This document shows, piece by piece, positions 28,099 through 42,869 of a stretch of 64,000 nucleotides of DNA. The stretch is taken from NCBI GenBank assembly GCA_964016885.1, contig OZ024756.1, positions 33,232,001-33,296,000 on the forward strand, read 5' to 3'. Made by a program: the position numbers and the translations under genes. The notes beneath the pieces were generated by a model that saw nothing but the letters and a program-made list of their open reading frames with translations, had not been told where the DNA came from and did no database searches. Within the stretch, counting starts at the first letter, position 1; each line of letters begins with the position of its first letter. The stretch is from Eledone cirrhosa (Eukaryota).

Positions 28099-28149
28099 GG
28101 CTTCCTGATGATTTATCCCGAGTGAAACAGTTCTAGTCCTGTAGAAGCC
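28099..28149 (+). ncRNA. Type I hammerhead ribozyme (family J), full helix III
   Basis: Helix I GGCUUC/GAAGCC; core CUGAUGA; weak helix II (UUUAUCCCGAGU); GAAA; helix III ACAG/CUGU with loop UUCUAGUC; predicted cleavage after GUA (28143). Confidence 0.75.
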
Positions 28150-29143
28150 TCTTCTATATTAAATATTTATACTCTGATTTGTATTGAGTACCTTACTTAC
28201 TGTAGTTACCCCCGATTGAACATGAGATAAACTTATATTTATATATATAATTATATATATATAAAATAAGTAAGTCAAACATGTAAAATTTGGCTTCATT
28301 TATTATAAATTATAATTTTCTGCTATATATATTTCGGTGACAGCTATTATTGGCTGTGACCTCTTTATGCAGTCCGAATTGGTGTGGAAAAGACAGGTAC
28401 ACATGTTGTTGAAGTGTGTTTTACTCCATCAATACATCGATATGTCCAGCTCCTGGGTGTGTTGTTAGTCCTCCGAGGAACTGGAATCATATATATAAAG
28501 GGAATGCGCCTATGTTCTTCGTTTGTAGGCTAGTTTTTTACCTAACTGGGTTGATATTAGTATGCCAGCGAAATATATAATGAAGAACCGTTGGGCATGT
28601 GCCTTTTTCTGGTTGTTTCTATGTTGTTTGCCAAATTGTGAATATTCTGTACCTCTAATCACTGTAATAGACATTGAAAAAACGTTACTGATTAGAAAAA
28701 AAATTCATTGAGAGCAATTATGTAAATTAGTATTGAATTTCGCAAAAAGCATGTTTTCCCAGAAAAATTGTAAGAACACATTTTGTTTTAGGTTCTTTAT
28801 ATTTTGTATATTCTTTCACACAGTTTTTTTTATGTTTCCCAACTTTAACCATCTTTTATATTGCTTGGAGGCAACAATTCTAAGTGAATCGACATTCCTG
28901 AACAAACGAAAGATTGCCACCATTTTTTAAAAGCAATTTCTAAAAAATATATTGAATCAACGTGATTGCATTTAACGTATTAGTAAACCCGATCGAGACC
29001 GACTATTGCTGCTACTATCTATATACGTACGTACGTACGTATGTACGTATGTACGTATATATGTATGTATATATGTATGTATACCTCTCCCTGTGTATAT
29101 ATGGTTGTATGTACGTAGGTACATTTGTAAATGTGTAATTATG

Positions 29144-29174
<31 letters not shown>

Positions 29175-29379
29175 ATGTATGTATTATGAGCTTGCATTAT
29201 ATCATTCTATTATTTTACTACTTCAGCACATTGCATCGTAGTCAGGCCGAGCCACTGTTTTCAAGATAGTTGTTCAAACCAAAATATACCATATTTTCGT
29301 TTGTTACATATTTTATAGCAATAAAACTACATGATTCAGACAAGTGAAATTATATAGACGTGATAGAAATCAAGATGTT

Positions 29380-29850
29380 ATTTGTTCCTGTTGTCCGTTC
29401 GCTGATTTCAAATCCCATCGATATTTACTTGGCCTTCCTCATATATTTGTTGTTTCGGTTGCTGAATACACTCAGGGGTCGCTGCTTCTCCTGAAGGTCA
29501 ATAGTTCTCTTCTAACTCGAGAGGGAGCGCCTTTCCATTGTCAATTTGCATTGATCATCTGCAAAGCCGCATTGTTCTCAGAACCACTACACCAGTCTTT
29601 CGATGCGTGCAGCTGGAACTACTGCCACCCATTGATTTGGCAGAATGTCTTTTCTTTTAGATGGCCGTTTACTGTTATGAGTTCTGCCCTTTGTCAGGTT
29701 TTGTTTTTCGTCCTGCAGGGTGTCCATAATCACCTTCCTCATCAAGTAAACTTGGTGGAGTTGCCGCTTTAGTCACCGGCGACCCAACCATGCGACAGGT
29801 TGTACTGGGTTGCATGTTACCAGTAGCACTCAAGAGTGACCTGACCTAGA
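29380..29850. mobile_element. Degenerate GC-richer transposon remnant, class unresolved
   Basis: Composition shift only; no intact domain recognised. Confidence 0.25.
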
Positions 29851-30785
29851 CAAATACGAAGGTTGATGTTTTTTTAACATGTTATCATTCAATTTCTATT
29901 TAGTGTCAATTATCTGTCGAATCTTATAGCATTGCTCCGAAGAATATATCAGGAATTGAAGGCTCGAGGAAGAAATTATACAACATGCTTCTCTACAGAT
30001 TTCACCTAAAAGATTTTCCCTGTAATGGAAGTATGAGGGTGTGAACTTTGCCAGGGGGCCTTGACGTGAGCTCAAACTAAAAAACAATCATTTTTTTAGG
30101 CTAATATTTTGAGGCCCTAAATTATATTGTCAGAGCTTTTAGCAATTAAAACATTGTTCAAGTTGAAGTCAGTTTGCCTTTGGTTCATGACTTACAATTG
30201 CTTATATCACATGACAGACAGAACATAGATTTGATTCAGTCAGGCACAAACCTGAGAACGGTGGTTTATAGGAGACCAACTATTGCCCATTCATTATAAG
30301 CCTCTTTTTCTCCACGACACACATGTTGTCTAAGGAAAAAGCATAAACCGATACAGCTTGGAATAAGTGTCATTGCGACGCATTTGTACCAGATCATTTG
30401 GCAAGAACAACAGGACAAACAGAAGTCTCTTGCTCAAGGACACAACTTGCTATAGTATTCGTGAATCGAATACACGATTGTCAGGCCAGCGCCGTACCCA
30501 ATATATCATTAACCAGACGCTTTGTATACGTTTTCCCTCGAGCTATTAGTCTATGATAATTCACTTCCTAACAGACCATGATCTTTGGCTTTTGAAATAA
30601 AAAAAAACCGCTAGACGAACTGGAACCACCAAGTTGATTGGTTTTATTTGATATTCTACATTATGTAAACAAATCGACAATGTCGTTCTTTTTACACTTT
30701 ATCGTATCCATACATCAGTGTTATTAAGCAATGTATGTATGTATGTATGTATGTATGTATGTATGTATGTATGTATGTATGTATG

Positions 30786-30816
<31 letters not shown>

Positions 30817-31039
30817 GCATTAATTGCCATGATAAAATGGCTATCGTATTCGAGATGATGACATACCATAAACAACACTGAATGTCCGATGACAAAATAT
30901 GAAAATAAAAAACACCAAAAACAAACTAATTGAAAAATGCTTTCCTCATTATTTCTACAAGATCATTTATCTAGTTCTTAGTAAGATGTCCATATACATA
31001 TGCATATACAGACAAACACACACACACATACACACATAC

Positions 31040-31129
<90 letters not shown>

Positions 31130-31159
31130 GTATAAATACATACATACATAGATGTATGT

Positions 31160-31319
<160 letters not shown>

Positions 31320-31347
31320 ATATATATATATATATATACATATATGT

Positions 31348-31470
31348 ATAACGAAGGAAATGTGGTGAGGAACCAGGTGGACCATAACGCACCAAGGTAC
31401 TCAATACTTAGGGTAGTAGAGTGAGTAATAGGAACGAGTAGGACCCCGACGGCTGAGCTCAAGCCGTTTC
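31348..31470 (-). mobile_element. Family B element copy, 5'-truncated at GAAAC
   Basis: Reverse complement of the family B tail; 3' end abuts (TA)n. Confidence 0.7.
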
Positions 31471-32015
31471 AATATTGGGATAACATATTTAATAGCGAAT
31501 TTTGTGTGGCTCAGCATACGTTTAGTATATTTAACTATGGTGATTGATGTCTTTGTTATTAAGTTTTAGCATTGTTACATCAACAACTGATAGTACAGAC
31601 ACACACATACACGCACGTACACATACACGCACGTACACACACACAGACAGACACACACACATACATATATATACAGACACATACAGATATATATATATAT
31701 ATGTATGTATATGTATGTATATATATATATATATATATATACATACATATATGCATATATATACATACATATACATACATATATATATATATCTGTATGT
31801 GTGTGTATATATATATGTGTGTGTGTGTGTGTCTGTCTGTGTGTGTGTACGTGCGTGTATGTGTACGTGCGTGTATGTGTGTGTCTGTACTATCAGTTGT
31901 TGATGTAACAATGCTAAAACTTAATAACAAAGACATCAATCACCATAGTTAAATATACTAAACGTATGCTGAGCCACACAAAATTCGCTATTAAATATGT
32001 TATCCCAATATTGAA
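31468..32015. repeat. Large inverted duplication of local DNA adjoining a family B element
   Basis: Arms (ttcaatattggg... / ...cccaatattgaa) are identical in the ~130 bp non-microsatellite part; centre is mixed TA/CA microsatellite. Confidence 0.8.
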
Positions 32016-32194
32016 CATTCGCCTTGAGCTCTTGGTAGTGAACTTAAACAATGATTACTGACCTTGAGCCGTAGGTAGAAACTTTGGTTACGACTTAGGT
32101 CTTCAGGTTCAGCATCTTTATTGGAATCACACCGTCTAAGTAAAGAAGTAGCATTCAGTATACCTAGTTGTAATTCTTCCCCCTACAGTAATCA

Positions 32195-32260
<66 letters not shown>

Positions 32261-32303
32261 GGATTTAGTCCTTCGTCGGAAGATAGAGATTAAATATAGG
32301 ATA

Positions 32304-32363
<60 letters not shown>

Positions 32364-32580
32364 CGAACGAGGTGTGGTAAGGAACCAGATGGACCATAAC
32401 GCACCAGATTACTCAATAGAAATAGCCGTCGAAACGGCTTGAGCTCTGCCGTCGGGGTTAAACATTTTCCTATATATATATATCCTATCCTGTATATATC
32501 CGATGAAGGACTAACTCCCGATATGTTATACTATCCTTATATATCTTTCATCTAAGCTGAACCCAACATTGTTTTATATC

Positions 32581-32658
<78 letters not shown>

Positions 32659-33952
32659 AACATGTGTGTGTGTGTGGGGGGGGGGGGTTGTACATATATA
32701 TATTTATATTCTGCTTACATTTATTCATGCTCATTTTGTTTGCTTCAAGATTCTGTTCACTTGTTCATAAAACACTTCTTTTAGTATATACATTTATGTA
32801 AATCTCTCTATATATGCTGTGTACTAAGTGTGCGAGAATCTGTTTGTATATGATGTGTATTCTGATGTGTATACTTGGTTTTATTTCATACGTATTCGTG
32901 TTTGCTGAAGATGTTTGCTTGAATATGTATAATAGTTTCCCAAGGGGATTTCAATAACTTCCCTTTCTAATTAAATTCAGCACAGAGTTAGCTGGTAAAG
33001 AGAACATCATATCTCTTCATATATTACATCAGCTGTTCCTTCGTTGTATTATCCACTTGGGGCATATAGCAGCAAATTCTAACTAGATAGAAATGAGTCT
33101 TCTGAAACGAAATTGTGCATGAGAAAGGAGCACCGGGATTATTTTTATTAGTTGGGAAAATATATATGGACAAACTATAAAATACACATGATGTAAGCTA
33201 CGATTCATCAATTTCTACAACAAAATACACGCATTAGTTTCTAATAGTTTAATATATTTACAAGAATGATTACACATAAATTAATTTCACATAAAATACA
33301 TTGGGCGAGACTACAACACATAAAGTAAATTAAAGTAAAAACATAAAAAATAATGATATAACAAAAAACACAGTAAACAGTTCTTGAAATTTGCATATTC
33401 CCTTAAGTAATAATAACGCTTTCTGTTTGAAGCAAAAGCTGAAGCTATTTTACAGTTTTTTGTTTCCATTTTTCTTTTTTAAACACTGATGTGTTTAAGT
33501 AGATAGCTGGCCAAACACCAATACATAAAAGCCATCTAAGCAAGATGCATCTCAAAGGACTAATAACTCGGCAACGAGGCTACAAACACGAAATATTAAA
33601 TAAGAGCATACTTCTATTTTGTTTTGGTATTTTTTTAAATATATGTTTATTTTAAGTCTAAATAATTTCCCACTGAGATATTTGGAAACAGCGAATTCTA
33701 CATTCGGTGTTTCCATTTACATTTAAGCCAACCTATCGTTTTATTATTCACATATATTAGCCGTTTCAGGCAGTAAATATGCTGTATCGTGCTACCCAAT
33801 GTACTTAGAGATTTGATAATTGAAAATGTGATTTTTCTTAATAAAATCGTTAATATTCAATATTCAATATTCCATTCCCCTCTAAAAGGTTGTATACATA
33901 CATATTTACATACATTCATACACACAAATACACGAACACGAACACACACACA

Positions 33953-33986
<34 letters not shown>

Positions 33987-34629
33987 GATATATACTTATA
34001 TTTGTATACATACACACTAATCGACACAAACCATCACACTCACACAAAAACTTACACACATGCATATATATATAACATTGAAATGCGCAAAACATACCTG
34101 ACGCCTATACCATTTCCTCCATTACCTCTATGACGTAGAAGGCCTTTAATGGAATGGATGTTGCTAACAATATTAATAATATAGACACAAAGCCAGAAAT
34201 GTTATCGACACTGAAATGACAGTGATCGACCTCGGTGGATTTTGTACCCAGAACCTAATTACTTGGAACAAATATCACGACGCATTTTATTCGACACCTT
34301 GAGGATTCCGCCATTTCACCACCGTAATGTGGACAACAAAAGCAACAACAGCAATATAAAATAATAATACTTTTTGTTTGTTTTGTAATGGTTCTCTAGC
34401 AATCGGTTGTGGCTTGAAGTGTGTTAATTGGCCTCAGGTCAGACCTGATCTCAGAGGCTCAATATATCACATAGAATTCTGGCAGTGCTAGTGATTTTAG
34501 AACCCTTGGGCACTTCCTAGGAAGTCAGACATCCCAAGTCTTTTGATGAAAGAGGTAAGGCTTATAAGGACTGTATTTTAGCGCCCCGATGTCGATTAAC
34601 ACTACATGTGTATCTATATTGTGTTCATA

Positions 34630-34820
34630 ATAATGATTTCTCCTATAGACACAAGGCCAGCAATTAACCAGTACATTACTGGTACTTCATTTTATCGACC
34701 CCGTAAGGATGAAAGGCAAAGTTAACCACGGCGGGATTTGAACTCAGAATGGCTAGGGCCGTAACTCTTTGCGTCAAAGGATGGCGTCCGACCCTCTACC
34801 GATACTGCCAATCCACCGAA
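34630..34820 (-). mobile_element. tRNA-derived SINE (main family)
   Basis: Full-length reverse copy; degenerate relatives at 34180-34325, 35210-35350 and 36975-37110. Confidence 0.85.
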
Positions 34821-35828
34821 TTATAATAAGAATAAAAATATGGCTGAAGAAATGTATGTGTATTTCTGATTAATAGCACATACCCAACTTTATTGCTCCT
34901 CAATGAACAGATCATTCGCTTCAGTCGTCTCTTTTATGCAGTTCTACCAAACCTTGAATATCTCCTTGGTTTATATGATTTCTTTAATATTTAGAAACCA
35001 ATGATCACACAATGCCGCTACTTCTAATATGTCAACTTCTCTTATAAAAGATTCCCACTTCAGTTTGTTGATGTTGTTGTTCAACACAAGAAATGATCAA
35101 AATATAATCAAAGGCATCTCCTGTCAAATCACTTCCTTATCTTCCACCCCAAAATACTATATAATATCATAGGGACCCTTAACATTACTTCAGGGAAAAT
35201 AGTGTTAGAGACGCCAGAGCATCGAATTAAATAATGACTCGGTACGTTTGTGGTTCAATACGCTCTGAGTTCAAATTACGCCAAGGTCGACTTTGCATTT
35301 CACCCATTCGTGGTGGATAAATAAAGTCGCAGTTGAGTACTGAAATTGATCCATATATCTCTGTCTGTGTCACTCTTCATTGGGTCTTCTCTCGTTTTGG
35401 GTTTTTTTTCTGGAAAGCTGAGTCTGTGTCCCGAATCCTAGAGCTGGTCTCCGACAGGTTTATAATGGATAAGAAATGTCCTCTGTCATAAATGGGACCC
35501 TATGGTACTCCATCAGTTAAATTCTCATGGAAGAATAAATAGATAGTGGGTCTTGAGTGAATTAGCTGTCATTTCTCGCATATCTAGCGACTATAAGATA
35601 CAATGTCCCTCTCCGAGATTTTGTAAGTTGAGCTATTGCAGCCGTTTTCAGCGATGCCGTTATATTTTTTTCCCATTGCCTCTCATAAATCTTTATTCTG
35701 GCTATTCAATGTGTAGCTACTAAAAGTTCGCCATTGTCACCATTGTAGCAGCAGAGTTGGAGTATTGCAGCCAAATTGCTTTTAGATTTGCTTCGGTGGT
35801 TAAATTATGGCATCAGCTTTGACTTACC

Positions 35829-35909
<81 letters not shown>

Positions 35910-36000
35910 GTATATAAATATGTATATATATATATATGTATATATATACATATATATATGTAAATATATATAGGGTATATATATGTATATATATATATAA

Positions 36001-36048
<48 letters not shown>

Positions 36049-36201
36049 TATATATAATGGCAAGGCAACATTCGATGTCTTGTTCAGAATTACGTTTCTA
36101 AGTGAAACAGTATCCACCCAAAAATGAGTTTCAGATGTCATTACTACGTATCTGTATGCATAGTTATACACACACCAAGATAAACACACTCACACACACA
36201 C

Positions 36202-36276
<75 letters not shown>

Positions 36277-36545
36277 TATACATATATATATATATATATA
36301 GGTATACACACATATATAGATGTGTGTGTGTATGTATGTGTGTGAAGGTGTGCGTGCCGAACTTTTATACTACCAAATAAACAAAATATTCATAGAAATA
36401 ATAATGGACTGTGTAGTAGATTATTTTGTTTGTCTCATGGAATATTCTGATACCTATCAAACCTAAACTGTCGTTGCTAAATGACGACAATTGTTCACTT
36501 TTACTTTCTCTCACCACAGTATCTATCTATCAATATACATATATG

Positions 36546-36613
<68 letters not shown>

Positions 36614-36702
36614 GAACGCATATAATCATATATCTATCTTCGTCCCCATTTACTGTGTTATATATATATATATATTTATTTATTAAAATAACAGAGTATT
36701 AC

Positions 36703-36764
<62 letters not shown>

Positions 36765-37714
36765 AATTTACCCTGTACTTTTTTATATGCCATTTGTGTA
36801 TTGTACCTCAATTTTATGACCATATATAAGCAGTTGGTGTAATGTAACACGATACGTATATGATAATCTTTATCCAAATATTTCTTCTTTGTCAACATGT
36901 AGGCTATTAGTTTTTTTTTTTGTTTTTTTATTTTATTTTCATACATTTATATCGTTCTGTCTATTAACGTAGACGGCGATCTGGCAGTTAGAATATCTGA
37001 TAAAATGCGAGGTGTTATTCTTTCCAGCATTCTGAGTTCACATCGTGCCTAGGTTAATGAGGCATGTCACCCATTTTAAATATAATACCAGTCGAGTATG
37101 GGAGTCGATTATTTCTCTATATTGCGTTTTCACTAACCTTTTTTCATTGAAAGAAATAGACTGAGCTGGAGAATCATAGGCAAAACCATGTTTAAATTGC
37201 AAGGCACACCGCTTATGCTTACGGCTCCCCTACCATTGATTCGTGACCTGGCATATAATTCTGTACTTGCGCACTTCTTATGTTGTAAATATTGATTGAG
37301 TAGATCTATGTGCAACAATATTCCAATACAATTTGTCTCATGCATATCGCACACTGGAACCAACTGCAAATTATTGAAAGTTCTACTGGCATATGTACCC
37401 TTAATATAGTACACTAGGGACTTCAGATCTCGTTGCTTTGTGTAACAAGGCTGTCACTTTGATTTACAGGTATACATCACTTTTTGTTGTACAGCAAAGG
37501 GGGATAATGTGTTTTGATCAAGGACACAAAGCACTACCTAGCATCGAACTTGTGACCTTGCTACCATGTGTCGATCACTCTAATCACTATTTTATGTATC
37601 TTAGCAATACGATGTACATTAACTTTTCATCATACATACTGGGTTCACATCATGACAATGTCCACTTCGGCTTTCCCCATTTCTGCCTCGTTAAAATAAA
37701 ATACCTGTAGATAT

Positions 37715-37917
37715 AATGGTTTCTGATATAGGCACAAAGTCAGCAATTTGCGGGGAGGGTAAAGTCGATTAAATCGACCCCAGTGCGTGACTGGTGCTTT
37801 ATTTTATCGACCCTGTAAGCATGAAAGGCAAAGTTAACCTCGGCGGGATTTGAACTCAGATCATAAAGGATCGTAACTCTATGCTGCAAAGCCTGTTGTC
37901 CGACGTTCTACCGCCCT
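37715..37917 (-). mobile_element. SINE, long subtype
   Basis: Contains the gtcgattaaatcgac segment. Confidence 0.85.
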
Positions 37918-38159
37918 AGATATAAAATTTGGAAAGTTGGCTAATATCTCGGAGCAGGTTCATACAATTGCATTTATCACTCAGAATGAGGTTAAACTAT
38001 TTCCAATTGTGCATAGAGTATTGTATAATTCGCAAGCCACATGGTAGCAAACCTATCTTTATTTATATTATTTGATGGATAGTTGTATTTATTTACATAA
38101 TTAAGTCTCTCTATCTATGTATCTATCTATCTATCTCTTCTGCTCTCTCTCTCTCTCTA

Positions 38160-38224
<65 letters not shown>

Positions 38225-39059
38225 CTATCTATTAATCTCTCTCTCTTTGGACGTCTCTAAAAGAAGAAAAAAAGAAAACAACAGAATAGGGATTCAAATA
38301 GGCTATCCTTTGTTGTAACGAAAATCTAATGAAACAATATTTTAGAAAATTTTCTTAAATGTAAAAAATCAATACCAAAATATCTGACAATACAAATGAT
38401 AGGCCGATTTTAAATGTTCATTCGAACGACTATTCATCACAAAGATTTTGATAATCGTTTCTTCAAATGTTCTTCTCTCCTTAAATAATTATATTTTTCC
38501 AATGAATTTGTAAACAGATAGTAGATTGCTAATCAATAGTGTAATTAATTTCGGCAATCACCACTTTACAAGTATTGAGATTATTCATTAAGTAATATAA
38601 AGCGATTATGGAATTAGGGATCTTAGATGTCTTATTTTGATTTCCCAATACAACATTTAGCAGCACTATTTACGCCTTCATCTAACTGAATATAAATTGA
38701 TGGATAACCAGGCTATATCGATAATGTAAGATTTGACAGGAGATTTTAAACTAAATCGGTTTATCTTATATTAAACATTTCATAGCGGCATTAAATTTAA
38801 TTACTGTCTACAGCATTAAAAGAGTGAAGTTACGTGCCTATGTGTATCAATTGAGTGCTTATAAATGTGGAATTATATGTATGCCCTCTCGAACTGTGAT
38901 TATAATGAGTCGGGATCACCAGAATCGTATTCCACACATGCCGACCACGTATGTTCAGCGTAATTAGCACTTCATCATCTAATATCTTCTGTACTTCATC
39001 TAATACGACACAGTTTGAGTTGAAGGGAATTGGAGTTCCATTATATATATGGTGGCTGC

Positions 39060-39320
39060 CAACTCGTTTTCGAGTACGGCCACTACTTTATATCCATGTA
39101 GGAGAACCCCTACCGATGCGCTGAACGAATGTGACTTTTTAGTCCAGCCAGCGACTTGAAAACTCTGGTACAAAGACTACACTTGTGACCATTATTGACA
39201 CATAGTGCAGGGCCCATGGTACCATGTGACGACAAGTGCAGAGAGATCTCCAGATATAAAGCAATGCCTGTGCTGTGAAGCTTTTATAGTGAGCAAAGGC
39301 ACTGCACAAAGCCAGTCCCA
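39060..39320 (-). mobile_element. RTE-like LINE 3' fragment with terminal C2H2 zinc finger
   Basis: Minus frame ...NNGHKCSLCTRVFKSLAGLKSHIRSAHR*. Confidence 0.55.
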
Positions 39321-39787
39321 CTCTCTTAACCAAGATGATATTTACCAAAAAGAAGAACAAGTCAACATCATTGGATACCATCAGGGTTGCAGGTGTTATA
39401 TCAGGGTTTTCCTTCTCCTAGAATTCTGCCTTGACAAAGGCTAAGGGGTCATCTCTCCCGGTGATTTTGGATGGATATTGACTCTTAAGAGCTCCCTTGC
39501 CCTTTGACATCCTGCAGGACTAAAAACAAAACCATTATATATATATATATATATATACATATATATACATATATACATATATATATATGTATATATATAT
39601 ACATATATATATATGTATATATAGACCTTTATTTCCCTCTGAAGAAGAGATATTATCTCGAAAATTAAGGACATTTAAATAAATCTAAGTTAAAAGACTA
39701 ATTATAAACAATATCTTTTGCATTTACATTCTTTATTCTATGTCCATACCTGCATTGTTTTGGCTTTATTATATATATTCAAACGTT

Positions 39788-39859
<72 letters not shown>

Positions 39860-39994
39860 CAGAAGGGATATTCAATTTGTTGGTAATTCAACAAATATAA
39901 ATGTTTATAACTGATTCAGTGCACTCGACAGACTTCTGGAGTATAATATTCAATGATATTAAATAAATGGAAACTATATTTATAAAGCTATATT

Positions 39995-40056
39995 TATTCT
40001 ATTATATATATTTCAAGGGTACCAAACATTTTGGTACGCTTTCATCTGATAAAATA
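39995..40056 (-). ncRNA. Hammerhead (family F), mirror copy with CAGAUGA core
   Basis: Inverted arm of the 39950-40290 fold-back; helix II AAGcGUACCAAA/UUUGGUACcCUU. Confidence 0.55.
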
Positions 40057-40183
40057 CAAAGTGCGTTTTATAAATTTTGACATAGTCAAGGAAAATTACC
40101 TTAACGGTTGAAACTATCCAAGGAAAATTTCAACCGTTAAGGTATCTTCCTTGGCTATGTCAAAATTTATAAAACACACTTTG

Positions 40184-40245
40184 TATTTTATCTGATGAAA
40201 ACGTACCAAAGTTGTTGGTACCCTTGAAATATATATAATAGAATA
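40184..40245 (+). ncRNA. Type I hammerhead (family F)
   Basis: Helix I UAUUUUAU/AUAGAAUA; CUGAUGA; long helix II with GUACCAA/UUGGUAC; GAAA; palindromic helix III AUAUAUAU; predicted AUA cleavage site. Confidence 0.72.
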
Positions 40246-40284
40246 AATATGGTTTTATAAATATAGTTTCCATTTATTTAATAT

Positions 40285-40372
<88 letters not shown>

Positions 40373-40870
40373 GGTGCAGGCTAAGACTCAAAATATGTAC
40401 AGTGTTCTTTGGTTTGTCACGATATTCATGGAAATTTATATAACACCTTATCGAAAATACACCAAGTTATAGATACGCAAGACGAGCAACACTACAAATG
40501 GGACATTTGGCATAAGTATATATATATATATACACACACATACACATATATATATAGAGATACATATACATGATCATATACATAAGTATATACATATACA
40601 TAATCATATACATAAGTATATATATATATGTATATATATATATACATATACATGATCATATGTATATATATATCTACTAGAACAATAAATAACCCTTCCA
40701 CCCTTACAGACGTTTGCAATAAAACATAGAAAAGTAATTATTCTGTCTACTAATACATGAAAGTGTACTTAAGGCATAAATGCAGCCATCCATTTGTAGA
40801 TAATTTATTAAAAAATAGTACCGTCACTAACAGCTGCTGTCTATTCACTATTATAATTATATATATGCAT

Positions 40871-41403
40871 GGCGGAGGATTGGCAGAATCGGTAGAGGGT
40901 CGGACGCCATGCTTTGATGCATAGAGTTACGGTCCTTGCCATTCTGAGTTCAAATCCCGCCGAGATTAACTTTGCCTTTCATCCTTTAAAATAAATACCA
41001 GTAATACACTGGTTAATTGCTGGCCTTGTGGCAAATGTAGAAACAATTATAATTATATATAAGCATGTATATTCCGAAAGAATTGCATGAATGATATAAT
41101 TAAATGTCTAGCGTCGCGATTGCACTCAATGTTGAGAGAACATGATCGGATCTTTCGCAAAAGAAGCGTTTCATTTTGTTTAAATACTTAATGGAATTTT
41201 GTGTTGCTTGCCTTTCAGTCTGGCAGTATCGTTAGAGCGTCGGACAACATGTTTTGAGGCATAGAGTTATAGCCCTTTGCGTTCCGAGTTCAAATCCTGC
41301 TGAGGTTAATTTTGCCTTTCATCCTTATGGGGTCCATGACTTAAAGTACTAGTAATGCACTGGGGTAATTGCTGGCCTTGTGCCTAAAGTTGAAACAGTT
41401 ATT
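40871..41403 (+). mobile_element. Two SINE copies (40871-41050, 41220-41403)
   Basis: A/B boxes and body. Confidence 0.85.
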
Positions 41404-41575
41404 AGTATTTTTCTTCTTCATTTTTTGGCCCTCCTTTGTATTCGCTCTATTTTGCGGTTGAATAGTTTTTTACAGATATTGATTAAGATTGGTATAAATG
41501 TAGATCGAACATGTTTTCAGTAGTGACACCTCTTATATATATACATACAAACACACGCACACGCACACACATATG

Positions 41576-41617
<42 letters not shown>

Positions 41618-42206
41618 ATTCTAGCTATTGACCAGTCAAATTTCTTGACTTTTTAGTTGATTCTATTGACTGATGAATAGCTTATGTTAACTTTAACCCT
41701 TCTGTTGAGAACTCTATTCGATTTGTGATGTTTTGCATTCTTGCAATAAGATACACAACTGAATTCATTCGCCTAAAATAAGGGTTGCATCCCATTGCCG
41801 ATCCCCACGTGGGATCAGTAACAGTCATTCCTTAAATTAGCATTGAACTAAAACCTGTTGAAAAAGTGGCTTCCTTGTTCAATCATCTTACCAGAAGCCT
41901 AACATTATTTATGTAAGCGCACAGTACTTGATTTAGGAATCGCAGAAACCCAAATGCTGGATTTTACCAACCATCCAGGGGTCCGGGTAAATTTCAATCA
42001 CATTTATTTTTATTTGTTTGACCCGAATTACTTGATCGTTCTTTTGGCTTTGCGGATGATTGTTTAGCCATCGTCTCAGTGTGTTTGGCCTTTAACGTAT
42101 GTTGTAGCTCTGGTTCATCTGAATAATTGAGCACTTGCCACACATCTCGGAGGTTGTTTTTCGTTATTTCATAGGCTGAAATACGATTCTCGATAATTTA
42201 TATTTG

Positions 42207-42283
<77 letters not shown>

Positions 42284-42290
42284 TATATAA

Positions 42291-42330
<40 letters not shown>

Positions 42331-42786
42331 ATGATAATCTATGCTATTTATTCAGAACATCTCTAGTTTTCTGTTTCTCAGCCTCAGGCAATCAGGGACA
42401 AATGTACAATAGGTAGAGAGGAACTATCTTAGCTTCACTAAGATTACTCCAACTATACATTATGATGACTGTTTTGAACAAGTCAATACCATGACATGAC
42501 CCGTGGCTATAATCGAATAACTATAGAATCTGTGAAAAGTATAGACATCCGTCGTTCTTAATATGTTATTTCACCTAAGTTAAACTATATTTGCATTCAA
42601 AGCATCTCAGTCATCAACGTATTATTGTGGGAAACCATCTCTCTCTCTCTCCTCTATCTGTCTTTCTCTCTATATATGGGTGTTTGTATGTACCATCGAG
42701 GAGGTGGACATAGGTAGGTAGGATTGTAGCTACGTACGAACGTACGTACGCACATATCTATGTATATATATATACACACACACACG

Positions 42787-42869
<83 letters not shown>

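Larger units (their letters stand above)
39856..40290. mobile_element. Family F fold-back element
   Basis: ~160 bp inverted arms centred near 40115; (TA)n on both sides; related copy at 58235-58455. Confidence 0.75.

Noticed and set aside
39380-39470. HDV-like ribozyme in an RTE 5'-UTR-like motif (ctaggagaagg on minus; also near 5830)
   Set aside because: Too degenerate to draw the nested double pseudoknot by eye.
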